This document shows positions 29,871-40,264 of a stretch of 64,000 bases of DNA, piece after piece (the stretch's first letter is position 1; each line of letters begins with the position of its first letter). Origin of the DNA: Bacteroidales bacterium (lineage in GTDB: Bacteria > Bacteroidota > Bacteroidia > Bacteroidales > WCHB1-69); contig JAKSMI010000001.1 in assembly GCA_024400635.1 (NCBI GenBank), forward strand, positions 193,534 through 257,533, written 5' to 3'. Made by a program: the position numbers and the translations under genes. Below the pieces are notes generated by a model. The model did not search any database and had not been told where the DNA came from. It saw only the letters and a list, made by a program, of their open reading frames with translations.

Positions 29871-31067
29871 TTATTGTCTGTATGAATCAACCTTTGCTTT
29901 TAATTCTTCCGGAATAGGAAGCAACAATTTAGCCTTAATCTGCGACAACATCACATTGTTCTGCGCATCATTAGGATTCAATTTATAAACTTTTTCAGAC
30001 CATTCATGAGCCGCTTCAAGCATAGGCTTCTGAGCAGCTTTCAATTCGTTAATCTTTTCGGCACGTTCACTATAACTACCTTCTTTGGATTTCATCAAGG
30101 CATCCTGCTGATCCTGATTAACAATAGCTTCGAAGAAATAACGTGATGCCATCTGGAAGTTCAAGTTTGCATTGTTCTCATCAATAGCCAAACCTTTTTT
30201 AATAACACCTTCGGCCTTTTCATACTCGGAAGCGTTTACCAAGTGATTGGCAATCATTGCTAAAACAGGAGCAGAGGTGGCATATTTCTCAACCAACGCA
30301 TCGCAAGTTGAATTCAACTTGTCCATCTGACCAGTCATTGCAAAATATTCCAATTCATAACTTTCAATATCTGCTTGCTTATCAGCAGGAACAGACTTCA
30401 AAGCCGTCTTGAGAATTTTACCACAATTGACCGTATCATTTTCTTCCTTATAAAAATCATACAAATCCAAATATGGTTCTGCTCCAGGGTAACCCAATTT
30501 CACAACTTCTTTCAACGCCTTGGCATAATTATCCTTATCGCCCTTGGTTTTGTAAAGAGTTGCCACTTGGTAAGAAGTAATCGCCGCATTAGTATTCTGT
30601 TTCGCCAATTTAAAATCACGGGCTGCCAATTCAAAATATTTGATAGCATTATCATAATCCTTATTATTCATTGCTTTTTCACCCATATTGTAAATTGGTT
30701 CCGCACAAAGAGCCTGACCACTGATAGGATCGAGCATGCCTGTGCGGGGTTCAATTTTTGAATCAAGCGTAATGGCTTTATAAAAAGCCTCATTGGCAAT
30801 AACAATGGCATCAGGTGTACGACTAACATAAGTTGGATCTTTAGCAATACGTTCTGCATCTTGCTGATAAACCTGCAGATAAGTATTACCCTTCATCAAC
30901 CAAGCATCGGCATTATTTTCATTGCCTACCATGACGACATCAATTGCCTTACGGGCTTTACCAACACTTTTATTACGAAGATTCATCCACACATCTTCAA
31001 TAGTCTGCGGAAATGCACTACTAATGGCCATAAAGGCAATCAGTGTCAAAACAAAAATCTTTTTCAT
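29871..31067 (-). CDS. Secreted tetratricopeptide-repeat protein
   Basis: Signal peptide followed by repeated TPR-like helical hairpins (A..Y/F..A patterns). It is a paralogue of the upstream gene. Confidence 0.6.
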   Translation of the reverse strand: MKKIFVLTLIAFMAISSAFPQTIEDVWMNLRNKSVGKARKAIDVVMVGNENNADAWLMKGNTYLQVYQQDAERIAKDPTYVSRTPDAIVIANEAFYKAITLDSKIEPRTGMLDPISGQALCAEPIYNMGEKAMNNKDYDNAIKYFELAARDFKLAKQNTNAAITSYQVATLYKTKGDKDNYAKALKEVVKLGYPGAEPYLDLYDFYKEENDTVNCGKILKTALKSVPADKQADIESYELEYFAMTGQMDKLNSTCDALVEKYATSAPVLAMIANHLVNASEYEKAEGVIKKGLAIDENNANLNFQMASRYFFEAIVNQDQQDALMKSKEGSYSERAEKINELKAAQKPMLEAAHEWSEKVYKLNPNDAQNNVMLSQIKAKLLLPIPEELKAKVDSYRQ

Positions 31068-31091
31068 AACTATAATTTTTTAGAATTAATA

Positions 31092-32279
31092 TTATTTTTC
31101 TAATTCATTGATTTTCTTGACTATATCATCGTATTTAGGAGATTGTTTTCTTGCGTAAATCTGCTTTAATGCATTCAACACATTCACATCCTTGTCGTCG
31201 AATTTCATTGCATCTTCAAAGAATCTCTCTGCATCTAACAAATAATTGTCAGCCTTTGCCTGCATGACCGCAGCTTCGCTATTTTTCCCTGCAATCTTTA
31301 AATCATTGGCTTGCATATCATTTTCATTAAAAAGATAATAAGTACAAACAGCAAGGTTATAGACTACAACATAGTTCGATGGGTTTAATCGATAAGCCTT
31401 TCTCAATAATTTTTCTGCTTCAGTATAATTTTTCTCACGAATATAGAAATTGGCAACATTGACAATCGCATCTGGGTTTTCAAAAACATTCTCCGGAAGT
31501 TGTGCCAGCATCTGACGTGCCTTGACACTATCATTAATCCAATAACAGTAATCCACTTGGGCAACAAGCACATTGGCATCATTAGGATTGTTTTTTACGG
31601 CCTGATCCAAAATTGATTTCACTTTCGACTCATCATTTTTTGTCTTGTAAAATTCTATCAATCTGACATATACATTAGAATTATTCGAACCATCCTTCAA
31701 TGCCTTTTCATAATTAGCCATCGCAGCATCGTCTTTTTTCTGGTTTTCAAGAGCTATGGCATAGTAATAGTATAAATCGCCATGCAAAGGAAATTCAGGA
31801 GGCGTTTGCATTTCATAACTCTTGACCGCCTTGGCCAACGTAGCCTCACCTGAAACATAATCATTGGCAATTAGTTGGTCAACGCCGCGGACAAGCAACA
31901 AAGAATACAATTTCGACAAAGCCTCATCAGGACTCATCATTTCATAACCTTCCACATTCTTGTTCAATTCTTGGGCTTTCACAAAGGCATCGAAAGCAAC
32001 GACAGGAGCGTCCGGATATTTTACAACGTATTGAGCATCATTTTGTTTAGCCATATATTCCTCATTGGCAAGATACAAGTAGATGTTGCCGCGATAAAGC
32101 CAGGTTTGCGCCTTTACGACCAACTTTTCATTATCCATGCAAAGGTCTATCACTTCTTTTGCCTTTTCATATTCTTTTTCAATGAAGTGATTATAAGCAT
32201 TATTCAACGACACCTTCTGTGCTTGAAGACACAAAACAGGAACAACGAGAAGAAGAATCAATAATTTAAGATTTTTCAT
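31092..32279 (-). CDS. Secreted tetratricopeptide-repeat protein
   Basis: Signal peptide followed by TPR-like repeats. It lies directly downstream of gyrA. Confidence 0.6.
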   Translation of the reverse strand: MKNLKLLILLLVVPVLCLQAQKVSLNNAYNHFIEKEYEKAKEVIDLCMDNEKLVVKAQTWLYRGNIYLYLANEEYMAKQNDAQYVVKYPDAPVVAFDAFVKAQELNKNVEGYEMMSPDEALSKLYSLLLVRGVDQLIANDYVSGEATLAKAVKSYEMQTPPEFPLHGDLYYYYAIALENQKKDDAAMANYEKALKDGSNNSNVYVRLIEFYKTKNDESKVKSILDQAVKNNPNDANVLVAQVDYCYWINDSVKARQMLAQLPENVFENPDAIVNVANFYIREKNYTEAEKLLRKAYRLNPSNYVVVYNLAVCTYYLFNENDMQANDLKIAGKNSEAAVMQAKADNYLLDAERFFEDAMKFDDKDVNVLNALKQIYARKQSPKYDDIVKKINELEK

Positions 32280-32294
32280 AATTTAAGATTTATC

Positions 32295-34877
32295 TTATTC
32301 ATTATCTTTATCTACTTCGGAAGATGTTGCATCTCCTTCAGTATTAGCATTTCCTTCTGTTTGGGTTGAATTTTCTTCAGTCGTTTCAGGATTGACCGAA
32401 GCATCCGCGCCTTCGATTTCTTCGTCTTCGTCGTCTGCACGAGGAACACGGCTTACCGCTGCGATACTGTCGTTGGCTTTCAGATTGATAAGCTTAACAC
32501 CTTGGGTGGCACGTCCCATCACACGCAAAGTATCCACATGTAAACGAATAGCCAAACCTGATTTATTGATAATCATCAAGTCGTCCTCATCGGTAACCTT
32601 CTTGATGGCGATCAGTCCCCCTGTCTTTTCTGTGATATTGATGGTTTTAACGCCCTTGCCGCCACGGTTGGTGATACGGTAGTCATCAACATCCGAGCGC
32701 TTGCCAAAGCCCGATTCCGAAACCACAAGAATATCGCTTTCAGGTTCATCGAGACAAACAATACCGATAACACGATCGTTGTCATCTGCCAAGGTTACGC
32801 CCTTAACGCCAGAAGCGTTACGCCCCATCGGTCTGACATTCTGTTCATTGAAACGAACAGCCTTGCCCGCGTGCATTGCGATCATCAGTTCATTGCTACC
32901 ATTGGTGAGGCAAGCATCGAGCAAGTGGTCATCTTCGCGGATTGAAATGGCGATGATACCATTGGCACGTGGGCGAGAATAAGCTTCCAGTGACGTTTTC
33001 TTGATGATACCCTTTTCTGAACAGAGCACGATAAAGTTATTCTGAACATATTCTTCATTTGTCAAATCTTTGACATTGATAACAGCCTTAATCTTGTCAT
33101 CACCATCAATGTTAATCAGATTCTGGATAGCACGGCCCTTGGATGTCTTCGTGCCTTCCGGGATTTCGAATACTCTAAGCCAGAAGCACCTACCTTTTTC
33201 CGTAAAGAAGAGCAAGTAATTATGATTGGTTGCAATATAAAGTTTTTCAATGAAATCTTCTTCACGAGCGTTGCTGCCTTTAGAGCCTTTGCCACCACGA
33301 CCTTGAGCTTTGTATTCACTCAACAAGGTGCGTTTGATATAGCCCAGATGCGAAATCGTAATGACGACTTCCGAGTCTGCATAATTATCTTCAATTCTAA
33401 AATCTGAAGAAGCTGAATATTCAATTCTTGACAATCTTTCATCACCGTATTTAGCCTTCATTTCGAGGACTTCATCCTTGACGACCTTCAACTGCAGGGC
33501 TTCATCAGCGATAAGTTGACGCAAATATTCTATCAACTTCATCAGTTCGTCGTACTCATTCTGAAGTTTTTCCCTTTCGAGGCCGGTGAGCTGACGAAGA
33601 CGCATTTCAACGATAGCCGCAGCTTGAATTTCGGTAAAGCCGAAAGTCTTCATCAAACCTTCTTTTGCATCGTTTGCCGTTTTAGAAGCACGGATAAGGG
33701 CAATGATTTCGTCAATGATATCAAGAGCTTTCAAAAGGCCTTCAAGGATATGGGCACGAGCTTCAGCCTTCTTTAAGTCGAATTTGGCACGACGCACCAC
33801 CACTTCGTGGCGATGTTTCACGTATTCTGAAATCAAATCTTTAAGATTCAATGTCATCGGACGACCATTTACCAATGCCACATTGTTAACGCTGTACGAA
33901 GACTGCAGCGCGGTATATTGATACAATTTATTCAACACAACGTTGGCAACGGCCTCACGTTTCAAATCGTAAACAATTCTAGTGCCATTACGTTTATTGG
34001 TCAGGTCTTCGATGTTGGAAATGCCTTCAATTTTACCTTCCTTCACGAGTTCTGCCGTACGCTTGATCATTTCCGAGGGATTGGTCAAGTATGGCAATGA
34101 AGTGACAACGATTTTGGCTTTGCCATCATGATCTTCAATTTCAGCATCGCCGCGCATAATAATACGACCACGACCCGTAGAGAAAGCTTCACGAACGCCA
34201 TCATAACCATAAATGGTACAACCACTTGGAAAATCAGGAGCTTTAATGTACTGCATTAATTCCGGAATGGTAATTTCAGGATTGTCGATGTAAGCGGCAA
34301 TACCGTCGCATACTTCCGACAAATTGTGAGGTGGCATATTGGTAGCCATACCCACGGCAATACCAGACGATCCATTTACCAACAATGAAGGAATCTTAGC
34401 GGGCAAGACTGTTGGTTCTTCCAAGGAGTCGTCGAAATTAAGACGCATGTCCACGGTATCCTTTTCGATATCGCCAAGCATATCTTCGGCAATTTTGCGG
34501 AGACGGGCCTCGGTATAACGCATAGCGGCCGGACTGTCACCATCAACGGAACCGAAGTTACCTTGTCCGTCAACAAAGGGATAACGCAGTGACCAAGGCT
34601 GGGCCATACGGACCATCGCATCGTAAACCGCGGTATCACCATGGGGATGGTACTTACCCAACACCTCACCAACGATTCTCGCTGATTTCTTATAAGGTTT
34701 GCCTGCGGTGATATCCATATCCCACATGGCATACAAAATTCTTCTGTGAACAGGCTTCAAGCCATCTCGCGCATCGGGCAGCGCACGCGACACAATAACC
34801 GACATCGAATAGTCGATGTAGGCCGTTTTCATTTGATTTTCAATATTAACGCGAACAATTTTTTCTCCTTCTGCCAT
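32295..34877 (-). CDS. gyrA: DNA gyrase subunit A
   Basis: Active-site Tyr context [10 protein letters not shown], the GKYHPHGD (QRDR) motif, a beta-pinwheel C-terminal domain and an acidic tail. Confidence 0.98.
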   Translation of the reverse strand: MAEGEKIVRVNIENQMKTAYIDYSMSVIVSRALPDARDGLKPVHRRILYAMWDMDITAGKPYKKSARIVGEVLGKYHPHGDTAVYDAMVRMAQPWSLRYPFVDGQGNFGSVDGDSPAAMRYTEARLRKIAEDMLGDIEKDTVDMRLNFDDSLEEPTVLPAKIPSLLVNGSSGIAVGMATNMPPHNLSEVCDGIAAYIDNPEITIPELMQYIKAPDFPSGCTIYGYDGVREAFSTGRGRIIMRGDAEIEDHDGKAKIVVTSLPYLTNPSEMIKRTAELVKEGKIEGISNIEDLTNKRNGTRIVYDLKREAVANVVLNKLYQYTALQSSYSVNNVALVNGRPMTLNLKDLISEYVKHRHEVVVRRAKFDLKKAEARAHILEGLLKALDIIDEIIALIRASKTANDAKEGLMKTFGFTEIQAAAIVEMRLRQLTGLEREKLQNEYDELMKLIEYLRQLIADEALQLKVVKDEVLEMKAKYGDERLSRIEYSASSDFRIEDNYADSEVVITISHLGYIKRTLLSEYKAQGRGGKGSKGSNAREEDFIEKLYIATNHNYLLFFTEKGRCFWLRVFEIPEGTKTSKGRAIQNLINIDGDDKIKAVINVKDLTNEEYVQNNFIVLCSEKGIIKKTSLEAYSRPRANGIIAISIREDDHLLDACLTNGSNELMIAMHAGKAVRFNEQNVRPMGRNASGVKGVTLADDNDRVIGIVCLDEPESDILVVSESGFGKRSDVDDYRITNRGGKGVKTINITEKTGGLIAIKKVTDEDDLMIINKSGLAIRLHVDTLRVMGRATQGVKLINLKANDSIAAVSRVPRADDEDEEIEGADASVNPETTEENSTQTEGNANTEGDATSSEVDKDNE

Positions 34878-34995
34878 TTTTTTTCGTTTTTATGTATTTT
34901 TGTATTTTTAATTCACTGAATGTCAATTTCTTACTTTAATTTGTAAGAAAAATCCAAAATACAAAAAAATTCAATACGATGAACAAAAAAAGTTG

Positions 34996-35003
34996 TACAT
35001 TTG
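34996..35003 (+). promoter_or_regulatory. -7 box TACATTTG upstream of gpsA
   Basis: TAnnTTTG match in the divergent gyrA/gpsA spacer. Confidence 0.35.
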
Positions 35004-35085
35004 CAGACACTTAAAAAATGTTAAAATCGCTTTGATGATAAAAGTGAAAATTTGTTAAAATACATAAATAAACCAGCCATTTAAC

Positions 35086-36141
35086 ATGGAAATAACAGAC
35101 GTATTTGCCGAAGTGATGAATCCGGCACGACGTAAAAAAACGCGTATGCGCTACCGCGTTGCGGTGATTGGGGGCGGAAGTTGGGCTACGGCCATCGTTA
35201 AAATTCTTTCAGCAAACCTTGAACACATTCATTGGTGGGTGCGTGAAGAAGAAATCGCCGAAGGTATCAGCACTTACGGGCACAATCCCCTCTTCCTCAG
35301 CCAGGTCTACATCAATCCCAAAGATGTCAAAATCAGCACCGACTTGCGCCAGGTGGTGGCCAAAGCCGATTATGTCATCATCGTCACGCCATCAGCATTC
35401 CTTCACAAAACATTGGAACCTCTGAAAAAAAGCAAGTTGGGAAGAAAGAAAATCATCAACGCCGTCAAAGGCATCGTTCCCGAAACCATGCAGGTGATTA
35501 CTGACTATCTGAAGACCGAATTCAACGTTCCAGCGTCCAACATGGCCATCATCAGCGGCCCGTCACACGCAGAAGAAATCGCACAGGAAAAATTCACCTT
35601 CCTGACCGCCGCCTCGGAAAACGAAGAACTGGCCAAAACCGTCGCCGATTTTTTTACCAATCGCTACGTTCGCGCTTCAGTTTCTCACGATATCAACGGA
35701 GCCGAGATGGCCATCGTTCTCAAAAACATCTACGCATTGGGAGCCGGCATCTACAGCGGACTCGGCTATGGCGACAACTTCATTGCCGCTTACATCGCCA
35801 ACTGCCTCAAGGAAATGAAGCGTTTTGTGTCTCACACCTACCCCGATGCGGAACGACATATTTCCGATGCGGTCTATCTTGGCGACTTGTTGGTGACCGC
35901 ATATTCTAAATACAGCCGAAACCGCATGTTCGGCAACATGATTGGCCACGGCCTCTCTGTCCGCGTCGCCCGTCTCGAAATGAACATGATTGCCGAAGGA
36001 TATTACTCATGCCGATGTATCCACGAGATGAACAAGGAATTCCAAGCCGACATTCCCATCGTTGAAACCATTTACGGCATCCTCTACGAAAGCAACAATG
36101 TCTCTTCGGAGATGAAAAGAATTGCGGAACATTTCATTTAA
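35086..36141 (+). CDS. gpsA: NAD(P)H-dependent glycerol-3-phosphate dehydrogenase
   Basis: VAVIGGGSWATAI dinucleotide motif. Full-length GpsA-like. The true start may be the internal Met about 20 codons downstream (MRYRVAVIGGG). Confidence 0.88.
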   Translation: MEITDVFAEVMNPARRKKTRMRYRVAVIGGGSWATAIVKILSANLEHIHWWVREEEIAEGISTYGHNPLFLSQVYINPKDVKISTDLRQVVAKADYVIIVTPSAFLHKTLEPLKKSKLGRKKIINAVKGIVPETMQVITDYLKTEFNVPASNMAIISGPSHAEEIAQEKFTFLTAASENEELAKTVADFFTNRYVRASVSHDINGAEMAIVLKNIYALGAGIYSGLGYGDNFIAAYIANCLKEMKRFVSHTYPDAERHISDAVYLGDLLVTAYSKYSRNRMFGNMIGHGLSVRVARLEMNMIAEGYYSCRCIHEMNKEFQADIPIVETIYGILYESNNVSSEMKRIAEHFI

Positions 36142-36165
36142 CATATACTCTTAAAATTTCTTAAA

Positions 36166-36795
36166 ATGCTCGATGGAATAAAAAACATCATCTTCGATTT
36201 CGGTGGGGTTTTGTATAATATTCGTTATGAGAATGTCCCCGAAGCTTTCGAAAAATTCGGCGTTCCAGAATTGAAAAATTTATATTCAAAAACATCCCAG
36301 ACTGATTTCATCAATCTCTTTGAAGAAGGGAAAATTTCAGCAAGACAGTTTATAGATGAAATACACAAATTGTCTCCCATTCCTCTTACCGACCAGCAAA
36401 TCATCGACGCATGGAATGCCATTTTGGTAGGTTTTCCAAAGGAAAGAGCAAACTTGCTGCGAGCACTGAAGAATAATTATCATCTTTTCCTTTTCAGCAA
36501 TACCAACCAGCTGAATTATGATGAATTCTATGCTGAAATGAAGAAGAACTTGGGTTATGATTTGTTTTCGGAAATGTTCGATGGGGCCTATTTCTCCCAA
36601 AATTTACACATCAGGAAACCTCATCCCGAAGGTTTCAAGTATATCATTGACAAGCACCATCTGAATCCAAGTGAAACACTATTCATTGACGATTCCCCAC
36701 AACATATCGAGGGAGCTAAAAAATGCGGCTTAAAAACCCACCATCTAAAAGACAATGAAACGGTTGAACAACTGTTTTCATTTGTAAAATATTGA
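36166..36795 (+). CDS. HAD-superfamily hydrolase (subfamily IA)
   Basis: Motif I IIFDFGGVL, motif II FSNTN, and the C-terminal FIDDS motif. Confidence 0.8.
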   Translation: MLDGIKNIIFDFGGVLYNIRYENVPEAFEKFGVPELKNLYSKTSQTDFINLFEEGKISARQFIDEIHKLSPIPLTDQQIIDAWNAILVGFPKERANLLRALKNNYHLFLFSNTNQLNYDEFYAEMKKNLGYDLFSEMFDGAYFSQNLHIRKPHPEGFKYIIDKHHLNPSETLFIDDSPQHIEGAKKCGLKTHHLKDNETVEQLFSFVKY

Positions 36796-36811
36796 TTTAA
36801 CGACTATATAT

Positions 36812-37750
36812 ATGCAGGGTATTGTAACCAAATCAACGGGAAGCTGGTATGAGGTTCGTCAACCTGACGGTACCAATATAGATTGCCGTTTGCGCGGACA
36901 ATTCCGCATCAAAGGCATCAAGAACACCAACCCGTTAGTTGTCGGAGACTATGTTGAGTTCATTGTCGAAAACGACGGTTCCGGCTGGATTACTCAAATT
37001 CTCCCCCGCAAAAACTACATCGACCGCAAATCCACCAAACTATCGAAAATCAGCCACATCATTGCCGCCAACATCGACAAGGCATTTTTGGTGGTCACGT
37101 TAACAGAACCTCGAACTTCCTTAGGTTTCATCGACCGTTTTCTGATTGCCGCAGAAGGATTTCGAATCCCGGTCTGCCTTGTTTTCAATAAGATGGACAT
37201 TTATTCGGATGAAGAAAAAAATGTAGTTGGGCAACTTGCGGACTTATACAGCGGCATTGGTTATGAAATTCTACGAACATCTACCGCGACGGGCGAAGGC
37301 ATCAAAGAGTTAAAAGAAACGATGCAGGGCAGAACCGTACTTTTCAGTGGGCATTCTGGCGTCGGCAAATCCGCTCTCATCAAAGCCATCGCGCCCGAAA
37401 TGGATATCCGCATCGGCGACATCTCCCACGTTCACAATAAAGGGAAGCACACCACAACTTTTGCCCAAATGTTCCGCATTGATACCATCGACGGCTTCAT
37501 CATCGATACTCCAGGCATCAAGGAATTTGGTTTGATACAATATTCAAAGGAAGAGATTCGCGATTATTTCCCCGAAATTCGTCAATACAACAACTGCTGC
37601 CGTTTCAACAACTGCCTGCACGTCCACGAACCCGGATGCGCGGTTTTAAAAGCAGTCGAAGAGGGCAAAATACCCTCTTCGCGCTATATGAATTACATCG
37701 CCATATTGGAAGACGATGATATGAAAATCGCCGACTGGAAACTATTGTAA
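36812..37750 (+). CDS. rsgA: Ribosome small-subunit-dependent GTPase A
   Basis: Circularly permuted GTPase: NKMD before the P-loop GHSGVGKSAL, plus the zinc knuckle CRFNNCLHVHEPGC. Confidence 0.9.
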   Translation: MQGIVTKSTGSWYEVRQPDGTNIDCRLRGQFRIKGIKNTNPLVVGDYVEFIVENDGSGWITQILPRKNYIDRKSTKLSKISHIIAANIDKAFLVVTLTEPRTSLGFIDRFLIAAEGFRIPVCLVFNKMDIYSDEEKNVVGQLADLYSGIGYEILRTSTATGEGIKELKETMQGRTVLFSGHSGVGKSALIKAIAPEMDIRIGDISHVHNKGKHTTTFAQMFRIDTIDGFIIDTPGIKEFGLIQYSKEEIRDYFPEIRQYNNCCRFNNCLHVHEPGCAVLKAVEEGKIPSSRYMNYIAILEDDDMKIADWKLL

Positions 37751-38842
37751 GTTATCAGCCTTGGTATTAATCATAATCTGTGAACGATTAGGATCATTGG
37801 TTATGATTTTAATAGAGTTTGCCTGTCTGCCTTTTTTGTGTTTTGCAATATAGTTGACCTGCATTTCAACGGATTGTCCTTTTTTCAACACTTTGACATC
37901 TGGAACGAATTTCACAGTCAAGTTGCCGCTACTGGTTTCAACCTTACGAATAATCAAATCACTTTTGCCATCGTTGGTCAAAGTAATGGTTTCCATCTTG
38001 CTGTTGTTCAGTTTAATCTGACCGAAATCAATGAAATCGCGGCTAAAATTGGCAACTGGAGCTTTTTTCAGTTTGCCAGCACTCATTTTCGAAAAATCTT
38101 CTTTAATTTCAACTTGGTAATAAAGTTCCTTAACAGCATCTGTTGAATCATTAGTGGTAAAAGAAATGGCATCCTTAAAACCACCAAATTCATTACGTTT
38201 GCCAGCATCGTATTTAAGAACGATAATACCTTCTTCTCCACCTTGAAGGCTAGTTCCAAAACTACGATAAGCTTCACTGATAAACTCGTTACCATTCAAC
38301 TTGATTTCAACAGGACGATTCCAGAAATTCTTCACCTTGAAAGTGTCCAAGTGCTGCTCCGTATTGAGGATGTTGAGTTTTCGAGTGTTTTCTTTGAAAC
38401 GCAACATGCCATTTCCGAGGGTGTAGCCTTCTTTTTCAAATGGAGTTTTGGGACGTGGGGTAACAACACCCTTAATGAAAATCATGTGTGGAGTCGGTTT
38501 TTCAACATTCATTTCTGGTTCGTTAGTTGTCACCTTGATGTTCTTGTTGAAAGAACCTGGACGATTAGCAGGATTATAAGTTGCATCAATGAAGCCAGTC
38601 TGACCAGGAGCAACTGCGGTTTTGGTATAGTTGGCAGCAGTACATCCGCAACCAGGTCTAACTGCTTTCAATACCAAATCCTCATTACCCACATTGGTAA
38701 AATTAAAACGGGCGGTAACTTTACCACCTTCTTCATGAATCTGACCAAAATCGTAAGTGGTTTTGTCAAATTGAATTTTCGGCTGTGCGAAACCGCAAAG
38801 TGCGATAACTGCCGAAACCAAAGTCAAAACAATTTTTTTCAT
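37742..38842 (-). CDS. DUF1573 (ASH/PapD-like) repeat protein, secreted
   Basis: Signal peptide. The first repeat has the hallmark FDFGQI...GCGCT. Similar Ig-like repeats follow. The 3' end overlaps rsgA by 9 nt (convergent). Confidence 0.75.
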   Translation of the reverse strand: MKKIVLTLVSAVIALCGFAQPKIQFDKTTYDFGQIHEEGGKVTARFNFTNVGNEDLVLKAVRPGCGCTAANYTKTAVAPGQTGFIDATYNPANRPGSFNKNIKVTTNEPEMNVEKPTPHMIFIKGVVTPRPKTPFEKEGYTLGNGMLRFKENTRKLNILNTEQHLDTFKVKNFWNRPVEIKLNGNEFISEAYRSFGTSLQGGEEGIIVLKYDAGKRNEFGGFKDAISFTTNDSTDAVKELYYQVEIKEDFSKMSAGKLKKAPVANFSRDFIDFGQIKLNNSKMETITLTNDGKSDLIIRKVETSSGNLTVKFVPDVKVLKKGQSVEMQVNYIAKHKKGRQANSIKIITNDPNRSQIMINTKADNLQ

Positions 38843-38873
38843 AGTTTTATTTTTTTATAACTTTAATCAGTTT

Positions 38874-40238
38874 TTAAGCTTGCAAAGATACAATTTTTTT
38901 CGCTAATTCATCCACATTTATCCCTCCAAAATTTCCAGATGACATCAATAAAAACACGGATTTTTCTTCAATTTTACACAATAGTCTATCGTTCAATAAA
39001 TTAGACTCGCTATAAACTTCCAAATCCTGACGCCCGAAAGCGTCAAAAACCATTTGAGAATCAATAGACGGCAATTTCTTGAGAGCAATGGCATGGGGGT
39101 CAAAATAGACAATGGCTTCGTCGGCCATATCCATGGCACCGCTATATTCTGCCAAAAATTTCCGAGTCAGGCTACTGAACGTATGCAGTTCCATACAGGC
39201 TACAAGTTTGCGATCCGGGAATTGTTCACGGACGGCTTCAACAGTGGCTTTAAGTTTTGATGGCGAATGAGCGAAATCCTTATACACAGCGCATTTATCA
39301 CTTTTATCCACCAATTCCAAACGTTTCGACGCACCTTTAAAAGTTGCTATTGCCTTAAAGAAATTTTCGTCGGAAACTCCCACTTCAGCACAAGCCAGAC
39401 GAGCCGCATTTAAATTGCACAAGTTATGACGACCGAATATCAGCAATGGCGTTGGTTCAGTTGGAGATTCCAGATAGGTCACGCCATCCTTAATGAAATA
39501 TGGATATGGTCCATAGGGCGATTTTTGCGTGTTCGTGATTTTTTCGCTTAATTCTTTCAAGACAGGATCATCGCTACAATAGATAAATCGACCATTTTGG
39601 GGTATCATATTGGCAAAAATCTCAAATTGCTTAACATAAATGTCAAAAGTTGGAAATACATTAACATGATCCCAAGCTATACCACTAATAATGCCGACCG
39701 TAGGTTTATACAAGTGAAATTTAGGTCTGCGGTCAATAGGCGAAGTCAGATATTCGTCACCTTCGATGACCATGATTTTGGCTTCATCGCTAAGCTTAAC
39801 CATCACTTCAAAGCCTGCCAGTTGAGCGCCCACCATATAATCACAATCAATGCCATTCTGCTGCAGCACATGGATAATCATGGACGTGATGGTGGTTTTG
39901 CCATGACTGCCACCCACGACAATGCGGATTTTATCTTTACTTTGTTCATACAGAAACTCGGGATATGAGAAAATTCTAATTCCCAACTCCTTGGCTTTCA
40001 GCAATTCCGGATTATCCTCGCGAGCATGCATTCCCAAAATGACCGCATCCACAGACGCATCAATTTTATCAGGATTCCAACCAATGCTATCAGGGAGAAT
40101 ACCATATTTTGCCAAACGTCCCTTTGCGGGTTCGAAAATTTCATCATCAGAACCGGTTACTTCATTTCCTTTCAGTTTCAAAGCGATGGCCAAATTATGC
40201 ATTGCACTTCCACCGATAGCAATAAAATGATATTTCAT
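38874..40238 (-). CDS. mpl: UDP-N-acetylmuramate:L-alanyl-gamma-D-glutamyl-meso-diaminopimelate ligase (MurC-like recycling ligase)
   Basis: MKYHFIAIGGSAMHNLAIAL N-terminus, Mur-ligase P-loop GGSHGKTT, about 454 aa. Confidence 0.8.
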   Translation of the reverse strand: MKYHFIAIGGSAMHNLAIALKLKGNEVTGSDDEIFEPAKGRLAKYGILPDSIGWNPDKIDASVDAVILGMHAREDNPELLKAKELGIRIFSYPEFLYEQSKDKIRIVVGGSHGKTTITSMIIHVLQQNGIDCDYMVGAQLAGFEVMVKLSDEAKIMVIEGDEYLTSPIDRRPKFHLYKPTVGIISGIAWDHVNVFPTFDIYVKQFEIFANMIPQNGRFIYCSDDPVLKELSEKITNTQKSPYGPYPYFIKDGVTYLESPTEPTPLLIFGRHNLCNLNAARLACAEVGVSDENFFKAIATFKGASKRLELVDKSDKCAVYKDFAHSPSKLKATVEAVREQFPDRKLVACMELHTFSSLTRKFLAEYSGAMDMADEAIVYFDPHAIALKKLPSIDSQMVFDAFGRQDLEVYSESNLLNDRLLCKIEEKSVFLLMSSGNFGGINVDELAKKIVSLQA

Positions 40239-40264
40239 AGTTTAGTTTCTTTATTTGCAATAAA

